Below are positions 19,411 to 28,874 of a stretch of DNA of 64,000 bases, one piece after another (position 1 is the stretch's first letter; each line of letters begins with the position of its first letter). The translations under genes were made by a program, and so were the position numbers. The stretch covers positions 37,798 to 101,797 of the forward strand of contig JANMHJ010000040.1 of NCBI GenBank assembly GCA_031375105.1, written 5' to 3'. Under the pieces are notes generated by a model, which saw nothing but the letters and a program-made list of their open reading frames with translations, ran no database searches and was not told where the DNA came from. This DNA is from Variovorax sp. Its GTDB lineage: Bacteria; Pseudomonadota; Gammaproteobacteria; Burkholderiales; Burkholderiaceae_C.

Positions 19411-20478
19411 ATGAACACCGAGCTTTTCGGTCCACGCATTGGCCCCTACCAGTTGCCCAGCCCGGTGTTTGCTGCGCCGATGGCGGGCGTGACGGATTTG
19501 CCGTTTCGCAAGCTGTGCAAATTTTTTGGTGCGGGTTATGCGGTGAGTGAGATGGTGACTTCGCGCAAGGAGTTGTGGGCGAGCTTGAAGACATCGCGCC
19601 GCGCCAACCATGAAGGTGAGTCTGCACCCATTGCCGTGCAGATCGCGGGCACGGATGCTTTGATGATGGCCGAGGCTGCGGCCTACAACATTGACCGAGG
19701 TGCGCAGATCATCGACATCAACATGGGTTGCCCTGCCAAGAAGGTTTGCAACAAATGGGCGGGCTCGGCCTTGATGCAAGACGAAAAACTGGCGCTGCAG
19801 ATCATCGAAGCTGTGGTGCTAGCCGCGCAGCCGCATGGCGTGCCGGTGACGCTCAAGATGCGTACTGGCTGGTGTGCCACCCATAAGAATGCGCTGAGCA
19901 TCGCACTGGCTGCGCAAGCGGCGGGCATTCAGATGCTCACGATCCATGGCCGCACCCGCGAGCAGGGCTACAAAGGCGTTGCCGAATACGAAACGATGGC
20001 GGAGATCAAAAGCCGCCTGCATATTCCGATGGTGGCCAATGGCGATGTGGATTCACCGGAAAAAGCCAAAGCAGTGTTAGCGTTTACTCAGGCCGATGCC
20101 GTGATGGTGGGTCGCGCAGCGCAGGGCAGGCCGTGGATTTTTCGTGAGATCACGCATTATTTGCAATCTGGCGAGCATCTTGCGTCGCCCTTGGTGGCCG
20201 AGGTGCGCCGCGCGATGCTGGCACATTTGCTGGAGCACTATGCGCTGTATGGCGAGTTCACGGGTGTGCGCAGCGCTCGCAAACACATTGGCTGGTATGT
20301 GCGTAGTTTGCCCGGTGGCGAAGCGTTTCGCCAGCAGATGAATGCAGTGGAAGATGTGCAGGAGCAACACCAAGCGGTTGCCGATTATTTTGATGATCTG
20401 GCTACGCAGATGGATCGCTTACCCGTGCAACAGACGAGCTTGAATGAAGAAGAAACCGAAGAATTGAGTTTGACATGA
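19411..20478 (+). CDS. dusB: tRNA-dihydrouridine synthase B
   Basis: Dus family TIM-barrel motifs (LAPMAGVTD, DINMGCP). Followed by fis with a 4-nt overlap, the conserved dusB-fis operon. Confidence 0.9.
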   Translation: MNTELFGPRIGPYQLPSPVFAAPMAGVTDLPFRKLCKFFGAGYAVSEMVTSRKELWASLKTSRRANHEGESAPIAVQIAGTDALMMAEAAAYNIDRGAQIIDINMGCPAKKVCNKWAGSALMQDEKLALQIIEAVVLAAQPHGVPVTLKMRTGWCATHKNALSIALAAQAAGIQMLTIHGRTREQGYKGVAEYETMAEIKSRLHIPMVANGDVDSPEKAKAVLAFTQADAVMVGRAAQGRPWIFREITHYLQSGEHLASPLVAEVRRAMLAHLLEHYALYGEFTGVRSARKHIGWYVRSLPGGEAFRQQMNAVEDVQEQHQAVADYFDDLATQMDRLPVQQTSLNEEETEELSLT

Positions 20479-20708
20479 GCAAGAAAAATATTGAAGACTG
20501 TGTGCGCCAAAGCTTAGATGTGTATTTCAAAGATTTGGGCAATGAAACGCCGCACGATCTCTACAACATGATGCTGGAGATTTTTGAGAAACCCATGCTG
20601 GAAGTGGTCATGCGCCAAGCAAGTAACAACCAATCCAAAGCCGCCGAATGGCTGGGCTTGAATCGCAACACGCTGCGAAAAAAACTCACCGAGCATCAGA
20701 TGCTTTGA
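20475..20708 (+). CDS. fis: DNA-binding protein Fis
   Basis: 77 aa, with C-terminal HTH …QSKAAEWLGLNRNTLRKKL…. Confidence 0.9.
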   Translation: MSKKNIEDCVRQSLDVYFKDLGNETPHDLYNMMLEIFEKPMLEVVMRQASNNQSKAAEWLGLNRNTLRKKLTEHQML

Positions 20709-20781
20709 GGCTGTCTTGCAGCAAACATCTCTTGTGACTGATCCATACAACGCATTTTCATAAAACGACAGGGAGCCGCTC

Positions 20782-22371
20782 ATGCGTGCATTGATATCTG
20801 TATCTGATAAAACTGGCGTGCTCGAATTAGCTCGCCAACTGCATGCCTTGAAGGTGGATTTGATCTCCACCGGCGGCACGGCCAAGCTACTGGCCGACAA
20901 CGGCCTGCCTGTCACGGAGATTGCGCAAGTCACCGGTTTTCCGGAAATGCTCGATGGCCGTGTGAAAACCTTGCATCCCAAAGTGCATGGCGGCTTGCTC
21001 GCGCGGCGCGACTTGCCAGCGCACATGGCCGCTTTGAACGAGCATGCGATTGAACCCATCGATCTGCTGATCGTGAATCTTTATCCGTTTGAAGCAACGG
21101 TGGCAAAAGCTGGCTGCACGCTGGAAGATGCGATTGAAAACATTGACATCGGCGGCCCAGCGATGGTGCGCAGCGCGGCGAAGAATTGGAAGGATGTGGC
21201 GGTGCTTACCGATGCGTCGCAGTATGCGGGCGTGATTGCTGAATTGAAAGCGGGGGGCATCAGCCAGATGACCAAATTCGCGCTGAGCGTGGCAGCGTTC
21301 AACCGCATCAGCAACTACGATGGCGCGATCAGCGATTACCTCTCTACTATCGATTTCGAAGCATCTCACGCAGAAAATACGCTGACTAGAAGCCAATTTC
21401 CCTCTCAAACCAATGGCCGGTTTGTGAAATTGCAAGATTTGCGCTACGGCGAAAATCCTCATCAAGCCGCAGCGTTTTACCGTGATTTGTATCCCGCGCC
21501 GGGCTCGCTGGTGATGGCCAAGCAATTACAGGGCAAGGAGCTGAGCTATAACAACATCGCCGATGCAGATGCCGCTTGGGAGTGTGTGAAGAGCTTTTCT
21601 GAGCCTGCATGCGTGATCGTCAAGCATGCCAATCCATGTGGCGTGGCTGTGGGCATGGATGGCTTGGCGGCTTACAGCAAAGCCTTTCAAACCGATCCTA
21701 CCTCTGCGTTTGGCGGCATCATTGCCCTGAACTGCGCGTTGGATGAGCAAGCTGCATTGCAAATTTCAAAACAGTTTGTGGAGGTCTTGATTGCCCCGAG
21801 CTATTCACCCGAGGCGCTGGCGGTGTTCAAGGCGAAAGCGAATGTTCGAGTGTTGGAGATCGCTCTGCCACCGGGCGGAATCACTGCTTGGGACAAAGGC
21901 CAAAACTTGATGGATGTCAAGCGCATTGGCTCTGGGCTGTTGATGCAGACGGCGGATAACCATGAACTGCAACTGACTGATTTGAAAGTTGTGACGAAAC
22001 TACAGCCCACGCCTGCTCAGTTGCAAGACTTGCTGTTTGCTTGGAAAGTGGCGAAGTTTGTGAAATCCAACGCGATCGTGTTTTGCAAAGATGGCATGAC
22101 GATGGGTGTGGGGGCAGGGCAGATGAGCCGCTTGGATTCAGCGCGGATTGCGAGTATCAAAGCCGGGCATGCTCAGCTGAGTTTGCAGGGCACCGTTGTG
22201 GCCTCTGATGCGTTTTTCCCGTTTCGCGATGGCTTGGATGTGGTGGTCGATGCAGGCGCGACCTGCGTGATTCAACCCGGCGGCAGCATGCGCGACAAGG
22301 AAGTGATTGATGCTGCCGACGAACGGGGTGTTGCGATGGTGTTCTCTGGAGTTCGTCATTTCCGCCATTGA
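20782..22371 (+). CDS. purH: Bifunctional AICAR transformylase / IMP cyclohydrolase
   Basis: MGS-like N-terminus ([10 protein letters not shown]…LISTGGTAK) and AICARFT C-terminal domain. 529 aa. Confidence 0.95.
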   Translation: MRALISVSDKTGVLELARQLHALKVDLISTGGTAKLLADNGLPVTEIAQVTGFPEMLDGRVKTLHPKVHGGLLARRDLPAHMAALNEHAIEPIDLLIVNLYPFEATVAKAGCTLEDAIENIDIGGPAMVRSAAKNWKDVAVLTDASQYAGVIAELKAGGISQMTKFALSVAAFNRISNYDGAISDYLSTIDFEASHAENTLTRSQFPSQTNGRFVKLQDLRYGENPHQAAAFYRDLYPAPGSLVMAKQLQGKELSYNNIADADAAWECVKSFSEPACVIVKHANPCGVAVGMDGLAAYSKAFQTDPTSAFGGIIALNCALDEQAALQISKQFVEVLIAPSYSPEALAVFKAKANVRVLEIALPPGGITAWDKGQNLMDVKRIGSGLLMQTADNHELQLTDLKVVTKLQPTPAQLQDLLFAWKVAKFVKSNAIVFCKDGMTMGVGAGQMSRLDSARIASIKAGHAQLSLQGTVVASDAFFPFRDGLDVVVDAGATCVIQPGGSMRDKEVIDAADERGVAMVFSGVRHFRH

Positions 22372-22448
22372 TGACAAACGATTTGCTACTAAATATATAG
22401 CAAATTGTTCAAATCATAAAAGGGCGAGAGCACACTTTTATCATTGAA

Positions 22449-22943
22449 ATGCAAGAATTTCCGCGCACATTGAAAATCCTCACGGTCTATGGCCTGATCT
22501 TCGTGGTGTTGTTCCTCGGATTGCAATGGTGGATGGCTGAGCAGCGCAAGCCTCGCTTGATTGTCGACGCTGCCGGGCAGACGCAGATCGTGTTGCCACG
22601 GGACCGCAGTGGCCATTATTTCTGGATTGCGCAGATCAACGGCAAAGAGGTGGAATTTTTGGTGGACACTGGCGCTAGTCAGACCTCGATCTCAAAGGCC
22701 TTGGCACAAGAGCTGGGTTTGCAGGAGCAGGGCAGTGCGAATTTCAGCACGGCCAATGGCATGGTGCGAGGCGGCTTGTCCCAAGCCACGATTTTCTTGG
22801 AAGGTGGCCTAAAATTTGAGCGCCAGCGCATTGCTGTCTTGCCGCAGATGGAGCGGGTGGGTTTGCTTGGAATGGACGTTTTGGGCAAACTCAAGCTTGA
22901 GCAGCAGGGTAAGGAGCTGCGGATCACCGTGGTTCGCCATTGA
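22449..22943 (+). CDS. Retropepsin-like (clan AA) aspartic protease, membrane-anchored
   Basis: N-terminal TM helix followed by an FLVDTGAS active-site motif. Matches the TIGR02281-type family. Confidence 0.7.
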   Translation: MQEFPRTLKILTVYGLIFVVLFLGLQWWMAEQRKPRLIVDAAGQTQIVLPRDRSGHYFWIAQINGKEVEFLVDTGASQTSISKALAQELGLQEQGSANFSTANGMVRGGLSQATIFLEGGLKFERQRIAVLPQMERVGLLGMDVLGKLKLEQQGKELRITVVRH

Positions 22944-22964
22944 CGGAGCAAAACGAGAAGCACC

Positions 22965-23771
22965 ATGATGACATTAATCGACTATGCGGCCTACCAAACC
23001 TTGAATATCACCCGTTGTGGCGAAGGCGGTTTCGTGCTCGACATTCAAATGAAGGCACTCAACGGAAAACTCCCTACGGCAGGCCATGCCGGTCACAGCG
23101 AGCTCACGGAAATTTGGCGCGATGTGAGCCGAGACGATTCAGTCAAAGTTGCTGTGCTGCGCGGAGAAGGCTTGGGTTTTTCGGGCGGCGGAGATTTAGC
23201 CTTGGTCCAAGACATGGCGCAGGATTTTGAGGTGCGCAGCCGGGTCTGGAAAGAAGCAAGGGATTTGGTTTACAACGTGATCAATTGCGATAAGCCCATC
23301 GTGAGCGCGATGCATGGCCCCGCTGTGGGCGCAGGCTTGGTCGCCGGGCTACTTGCTGATATTTCGATTGCAGCAGACACTGCCAAAATCGTCGATGGCC
23401 ACACGCGCCTTGGCGTGGCCGCAGGCGATCATGCTGCCATCATTTGGCCGCTACTTTGCGGCATGGCCAAGGCCAAGTATTACCTGTTGCTTTGCGAATC
23501 TGTGAGCGGTGCGGAGGCCGAGCGCATTGGCTTGGTGTCGCTTTGCGTACCGCAAGATCAGCTGCTACAGAAGGCTTATGAAGTGGCCGACAGGCTGGCT
23601 GCGGGCAGCCAAAGCGCGATCCGCTGGACGAAATATGCGCTGAATAACTGGTTGCGCCAAGCCGGCCCGAGCTTTGATGCCTCGCTCGCGCTGGAATTCA
23701 TGGGTTTTGGCGGGCCGGACGTGCGCGAAGGTGTGGCCAGCTTGCGCGAGAGGCGTAGCCCGAAGTATTGA
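22965..23771 (+). CDS. Enoyl-CoA hydratase/isomerase (crotonase) family protein
   Basis: Crotonase fold motifs ([27 protein letters not shown]). Confidence 0.8.
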   Translation: MMTLIDYAAYQTLNITRCGEGGFVLDIQMKALNGKLPTAGHAGHSELTEIWRDVSRDDSVKVAVLRGEGLGFSGGGDLALVQDMAQDFEVRSRVWKEARDLVYNVINCDKPIVSAMHGPAVGAGLVAGLLADISIAADTAKIVDGHTRLGVAAGDHAAIIWPLLCGMAKAKYYLLLCESVSGAEAERIGLVSLCVPQDQLLQKAYEVADRLAAGSQSAIRWTKYALNNWLRQAGPSFDASLALEFMGFGGPDVREGVASLRERRSPKY

Positions 23772-23838
23772 GCTTTCCCGCTATGCAATGTGTAGCTTGC
23801 GTGCTAAGCTCGTTGACATCTTCTAGGAGACTTACCTT

Positions 23839-24576
23839 ATGAGCGACAGCAATAACCCCATAAACAGCACCTTTGGCAAGTTTGTCCCAGGCTTTGATTT
23901 CTTGCAAGGCTTGGCCAGCTCGGCGGTGAAGGGTGCGGCCCAAGGTATTCCGCAGCTACCCAATCCGGCGAACTGGGTCGCGCCTACGCTGAGTGTGGAA
24001 GAGCTGGATAAGCGCATTCAAGAGCTGAAAACGGTGCAATTTTGGCTCGATCAAAACGCCAAAGCACTGCAAGCCACTGTGACGGCGCTTGAAGTGCAGA
24101 AAATGACGCTGGCTACCCTCAAAGGCATGAACTTCAATATGGGCGATGTCGCCAATGCCTTCAAGCTCAAAGCCACGGAGACGATGGCGGGCGCGGTGAA
24201 CACTGCCCTAGGTAAACCGACTGCAAAAAAATCTCCTAAGAAGAAGGTCGGCGCGACTTCTGCCAAGAGTGCTGGCTTGGTTGATCCGATGCAATGGTGG
24301 GGTTCTCTCACACAACAGTTTGGCAATATTGCTGCTGAAGCGATGAAAGATGCCGGCAAGAAAACTGCGATGGACACCACGAAAAACATGGCCAAAGCGA
24401 TGACACAAAGCGCCGTGAACACCGCGATGAATACCGCCAAATCTGCTGCACAAGCCGCTTCCACTACGGCGCAGAATGCTAGTAAATCCATAGCAGCTCG
24501 CGCAGCAAAATCAACGGCCAATGCCCAAAAAGCTGCAAAAACAGCCACTAAAAAAGTAGCTGCAAAACGCAGATGA
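23839..24576 (+). CDS. Phasin/PhaM-like protein with Lys/Ala-rich histone-like C-terminal tail
   Basis: Coiled-coil N-terminal half, then KSPKKKVGATSAKSAG… and a C-terminal KAAKTATKKVAAKRR. This resembles PHA-granule/nucleoid tethering proteins; the assignment is tentative. Confidence 0.35.
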   Translation: MSDSNNPINSTFGKFVPGFDFLQGLASSAVKGAAQGIPQLPNPANWVAPTLSVEELDKRIQELKTVQFWLDQNAKALQATVTALEVQKMTLATLKGMNFNMGDVANAFKLKATETMAGAVNTALGKPTAKKSPKKKVGATSAKSAGLVDPMQWWGSLTQQFGNIAAEAMKDAGKKTAMDTTKNMAKAMTQSAVNTAMNTAKSAAQAASTTAQNASKSIAARAAKSTANAQKAAKTATKKVAAKRR

Positions 24577-25922
24577 AATCTTTTTCCTTCGCGCATGCCA
24601 CGCATCCGCAATGGCGCATGTGCGCAGGGCTGGTGATCGCGCAACTTCGCGCCCAGATGGCGCTGCCCGAGCATGCCGCTGCTCCGCCGCTAGGCATCCT
24701 CTATTTCACCGATCATTACGCGGCTGAGGCGCAAGCGCTGCTGGAGTTGCTGCGCCAAGAGCTGCCGCAGGTGAGCGATTGGGTAGGTACGGTGGGCGTG
24801 GGTATTGCGTCGAACAATGTGGAGTATTTTGATGAGCCTGCGATGGCTGTCATGCTCTGCGATCTGCCGCGCGAGCAGTATCGGGTGTTCAGCGGCATCG
24901 CGCCTTTGGTGGCGAGCAAAGCATTCGTGCCACACAGCGCTTTGGTGCATGCGGATGGGCGAACGCCTGATTTGGCAGAACTGCTGGGCGAGCTTGCCGG
25001 GCGCACATCATCCAACTATCTCTTCGGTGGGTTGGCTGCGAGCCGCCATACCGCACCGCAATTGGCGCTGCATCAGGACAGTCAGAACACAGGTGTGTTT
25101 CAAGGCGGTTTGAGTGGCGTGGCTTTCAGCGAAGGCGTGGCGTTGATCTCGCGGGTGACGCAAGGCTGTGAGCCGATTCGATTGCCAGACGGCAAAAAAA
25201 CCAAAGCGCATCGCATCACCAAGAGTGATCAGCATGTGGTGCTGGAGCTGGATGGTGAGCCCGCGCTAGATGTGCTGCTGGATGAATTGGGCGTATCTTT
25301 AAGCGATCCGCAACGTGCGGTGATCAGTTTGCGACAAACTTTTGTGGGGCTGACCAGTGGAGCGCCTGAGCAGAGCTTGGCGCGCAGCCAAGGCAGAGCT
25401 GTGGAAAACCGCCAAGGCAGTGGAATTGAGCGCGGCCAAGGCCGCTTTGGCGCAGACACGCGGGTGCGCCATCTCGTGGGGCTTGATCCGCTGCGGCGCG
25501 GTATTGCTGTGGCTGATCTGGTGCCTGAGGGCAGTGAGTTGACGTTTTGTGAACGCAACAAAGAGGCGGCGCGGCGTGATTTGATGCGCATTTGCGCAGA
25601 GATTCGGGAAGAATTAGAGCCTGAAGAGGAACTTCTAGAGGCGGCTTCTGATTCGCAGAATACTACTGATTTGATAGCATCTAACGAACGCTCTATAACG
25701 GGAAGTGGCCAATTTGGCTCTAAAAACATCATGGGTGCGATCTACGTGAGCTGCGCAGGCCGTGGCGGCCCGCATTTTGGTGGTGATAGTGCTGAGCTAC
25801 AAATTGTGCGCCATGCTTTAGGCGATGTGCCGCTGGTGGGTTTCTTCGCAGGCGGCGAGATTGCGCATCAGCATGTCTATGGCTACACCGGTGTGCTCAC
25901 GGTGTTTACCGCCCCTGCTTGA
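24573..25922 (+). CDS. FIST N/C-domain sensory protein
   Basis: N-terminus (…AGLVIAQLRAQM…LGILYFTDHYAAEAQALL…) is typical of FIST_N. Low-complexity insert in the middle. 4-nt overlap with the upstream gene. Confidence 0.6.
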   Translation: MKSFSFAHATHPQWRMCAGLVIAQLRAQMALPEHAAAPPLGILYFTDHYAAEAQALLELLRQELPQVSDWVGTVGVGIASNNVEYFDEPAMAVMLCDLPREQYRVFSGIAPLVASKAFVPHSALVHADGRTPDLAELLGELAGRTSSNYLFGGLAASRHTAPQLALHQDSQNTGVFQGGLSGVAFSEGVALISRVTQGCEPIRLPDGKKTKAHRITKSDQHVVLELDGEPALDVLLDELGVSLSDPQRAVISLRQTFVGLTSGAPEQSLARSQGRAVENRQGSGIERGQGRFGADTRVRHLVGLDPLRRGIAVADLVPEGSELTFCERNKEAARRDLMRICAEIREELEPEEELLEAASDSQNTTDLIASNERSITGSGQFGSKNIMGAIYVSCAGRGGPHFGGDSAELQIVRHALGDVPLVGFFAGGEIAHQHVYGYTGVLTVFTAPA

Positions 25923-26038
25923 TTGTCTGATTGCTAAACGACCCTAGCGCGGTATCAAATTCTGATACCCATCGCTCTGCGCCATGCGGCTGCACAAGCT
26001 TTTGAGAGCAAACGTGCATTCCCTCAGATGATCCGTTC

Positions 26039-26851
26039 ATGTTCAACCCTTCAGGCCTTCACATGAATCCTTCTCATCTCAACAGCGTTTCTCAGCAGCG
26101 CTTTCATACCGCTTTGATGGCTATGGCCTTCGCTGCGATCAGCTTTGCCGTCTTCTTTCCGCTTCTCGCGCCCCTGCTGCCGCATATTCCTACCAGCGGC
26201 CACAGCCATGTGCATGCGCATGGCCATGCTTTCATTGATGCACGCAGCCTACTAGGCATTCCCAACTGTATCGATGTGCTCTCCAACATTCCTTTCCTCT
26301 TCGCGGGCCTTTGGGGCTTGATTGCACTGCGTCGCCGCAGCTTGCCAAACGCCAGCCGCCGTGCCGCGCAAATCTTCTTCATTGGCCTGATCCTTACCTG
26401 CTTCGGATCGAGCTTCTATCACTGGGCACCCAGTGATTTCGGTTTGATGATTGATCGCTTGGGCATGGCAATAGCCTTCGCAGGTGTGATCTCGTTGGCA
26501 GCGGGTAGCCGTTTGGGTGAATCAGTGGCCAAGCAGGCCATGCCTGTGCTGCTGGTTCTCGCGCCGCTGGCCGCAGTGGCTGCGCATAGCCTGCACAACG
26601 TCTTGCCATGGGCTGTGGTGCAGTTTGGCGGCATCGCGCTGATTTTCTGGCTGGCAACATTGCCGCGCCGCGCAGGCCAAGCTCTGAACCTGTGGGCATT
26701 GATCGCTTGGTATGCATTGGCCAAACTGCTCGAAGCGCAAGACGAAGCCGTATTTCAACTCACACAAGGCATTGTTTCTGGCCATAGCTTGAAGCACATC
26801 GCAGCCAGCCTTGCCGCTGTGCCCGTGATTGCGGCTTTGAAGAAGTCATAA
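26039..26851 (+). CDS. Alkaline-ceramidase-like polytopic membrane hydrolase (tentative)
   Basis: 7-TM protein with conserved His/Asp/Ser/Tyr positions (DARSLLGIPNCIDVLSNIPF, SSFYHW, HSLKH) reminiscent of the ceramidase/PAQR-type fold. The TAATG overlap couples it to the next gene. Confidence 0.4.
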   Translation: MFNPSGLHMNPSHLNSVSQQRFHTALMAMAFAAISFAVFFPLLAPLLPHIPTSGHSHVHAHGHAFIDARSLLGIPNCIDVLSNIPFLFAGLWGLIALRRRSLPNASRRAAQIFFIGLILTCFGSSFYHWAPSDFGLMIDRLGMAIAFAGVISLAAGSRLGESVAKQAMPVLLVLAPLAAVAAHSLHNVLPWAVVQFGGIALIFWLATLPRRAGQALNLWALIAWYALAKLLEAQDEAVFQLTQGIVSGHSLKHIAASLAAVPVIAALKKS

Positions 26852-28806
26852 TGCTCGCAGAACGACCCAACAACATCGAGGAGCCCGCCTTGAGCGAAGC
26901 AAATAAACACAACGACCATCCCAATCAATTCGCCCTGCTCGGCCAACGCCGCTTCGCTCCGTTTTTCTGGACGCAGTTTGCAGGCGCGGCGAATGACAAT
27001 GTTTTTAAATTTGCCTTCACCGTGATGGTCACGTATCAGCTCTCCATCAGCTGGATGCAGCCTGCGATGGCGGGGTTGGTGATTGGGGCGTTGTTTATTT
27101 TGCCATTTTTGTTGTTTTCCGCCACCAGTGGGCAGCTGACTGACAAGTATGAAAAAAGCAAAATCATCCGCTTCGTGAAGAATTTAGAAATTGCGATCAT
27201 GCTGATTGCAGCTTACGGCTTCTTCAATGCCAATGTGCCTGTGTTGCTGGGTTGTACTTTTCTCATGGGCTTGCATTCCACGCTATTTGGCCCAGTGAAG
27301 TTTGCCTACATGCCGCAGGTGCTCAACGAGCGTGAGCTTACAGGCGGCAACGGCATGGTGGAGATGGGCACGTTTGTGGCGATTCTTGCAGGCAATATCG
27401 TTGGCGGTGTTTTGATTGCTCTACCCGGCATCGGTGCTACGTATGTTGCTATCACTTGTATAGCAGCTGCTGTTTTGGGAAGAATCGTTGCGCAGTATAT
27501 TCCGGCCACACCTGCGACCGACCCCACGCTTCAAATCAACTGGAATCCTTTCACCGAGACTTGGAAGAACTTGAAATTAGCGCACGGCAATATCGTCGTC
27601 TTCCGCTCTTTGCTGGGCATCAGTTGGATGTGGTTTTTTGGTGCGGTTTTCTTGAGTCAATTCCCCAGCTTTGCCAAAGACGTGTTGCATGGCAGCTCCA
27701 ATGTGGCTTCGCTCTTGCTCGTCGTTTTCTCGATCGGCATTGCCACGGGCTCGTTGCTGTGCGAGGTATTTTCTCGCAGACATGTGGAGATTGGCCTCGT
27801 ACCGCTGGGCGCGATTGGCATGAGTGTATTTGCGCTGGATTTGTATTTTGCTTCTCGCAGTTTGCCTCAGGCTGAGCTGCTCACCGTGATGCAGTTCATC
27901 AGCATCAGCGCACATTGGCGCGTGATGGCGGATTTGTTTTTGCTCAGCTTGTTTGCGGGGCTCTACAGCGTGCCTATGTATGCGTTGATCCAGCTGCGCA
28001 GCCAGCCCACGCACCGCGCCCGCATCATCGCTGCCAACAATATTTTGAACGCGCTCTTCATGATTGCCAGCAGCCTGATCGTTGGCGCATTGCTCGGCAG
28101 CGGTTTTACGATTCCGCAGGTTTTCTTGTTCACCGCGCTGGCCAATGCGATGGTGGCTATCTACATCTTCCTGCTCGTGCCCGAATACTTCCTGCGCTTC
28201 GTTGCTTGGGTGGCTTCACGCTGCATCTATCGATTCAAAGTCACTGGCGATGAAAACATTCCTACCAGCGGCGCAGCCATCCTCGCTTGCAACCATGTGA
28301 GCTTTGTGGATGCCATTTTGCTCATGGCCGCCAGCCCGCGCCCCATCGTCTTCGTGATGGATCACCGCATCTTCAAAATGCCCGTGCTCGGTTGGTTCTT
28401 CAAACTCGCCAAAGCTATTCCCATTGCTTCTAAAGCTGAAGACCCCGCTGCCTACGAAGCTGCGTTCACAGCCGCTGGTAAAGTGCTCAAAGCAGGCGAT
28501 ATGCTCGCCATCTTCCCCGAAGGCGGTATCACCCGCGACGGTACGTTGCAAGAATTCAAAGGCGGCATCATGAAAATCTTGGAACAAGCCAAGCTACAGG
28601 GTATCGAGCCACCCGTGATTCCCATGGCGCTCACCAATCTCTGGGGCAGCTACTTCAGCCGTATTGAGAAAGACGGCGCGATGATCAGACCGTTTCGTCG
28701 GGGGTTGTTTAATCGGGTGGGGTTGAATGTGGGTATCGCAATTGAGGCACAAGATGTCCAGCCTCAGGCATTGCGCACTAGCGTTCATGCTCTGTTGTCG
28801 CGCTGA
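26851..28806 (+). CDS. Lysophospholipid transporter LplT (MFS) fused to 1-acyl-glycerol-3-phosphate-type acyltransferase (Aas/PlsC-like)
   Basis: N-terminal 12-TM MFS domain. C-terminal acyltransferase with HX4D motif (CNHVSFVDAILL) and FPEGG motif. 651 aa. Confidence 0.8.
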   Translation: MLAERPNNIEEPALSEANKHNDHPNQFALLGQRRFAPFFWTQFAGAANDNVFKFAFTVMVTYQLSISWMQPAMAGLVIGALFILPFLLFSATSGQLTDKYEKSKIIRFVKNLEIAIMLIAAYGFFNANVPVLLGCTFLMGLHSTLFGPVKFAYMPQVLNERELTGGNGMVEMGTFVAILAGNIVGGVLIALPGIGATYVAITCIAAAVLGRIVAQYIPATPATDPTLQINWNPFTETWKNLKLAHGNIVVFRSLLGISWMWFFGAVFLSQFPSFAKDVLHGSSNVASLLLVVFSIGIATGSLLCEVFSRRHVEIGLVPLGAIGMSVFALDLYFASRSLPQAELLTVMQFISISAHWRVMADLFLLSLFAGLYSVPMYALIQLRSQPTHRARIIAANNILNALFMIASSLIVGALLGSGFTIPQVFLFTALANAMVAIYIFLLVPEYFLRFVAWVASRCIYRFKVTGDENIPTSGAAILACNHVSFVDAILLMAASPRPIVFVMDHRIFKMPVLGWFFKLAKAIPIASKAEDPAAYEAAFTAAGKVLKAGDMLAIFPEGGITRDGTLQEFKGGIMKILEQAKLQGIEPPVIPMALTNLWGSYFSRIEKDGAMIRPFRRGLFNRVGLNVGIAIEAQDVQPQALRTSVHALLSR

Positions 28807-28874
28807 ACAACAAACTCAACCAAAGCATGAGTGGGGGTTGGTTTCTCGGAAAAGAATCTCAGCAAGAATGAGGT

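Noticed and set aside
25229-25732. 167-aa minus-strand ORF inside the FIST gene
   Set aside because: Ser/Arg-rich low-complexity product antisense to a coding region. The FIST reading frame is the coherent one.
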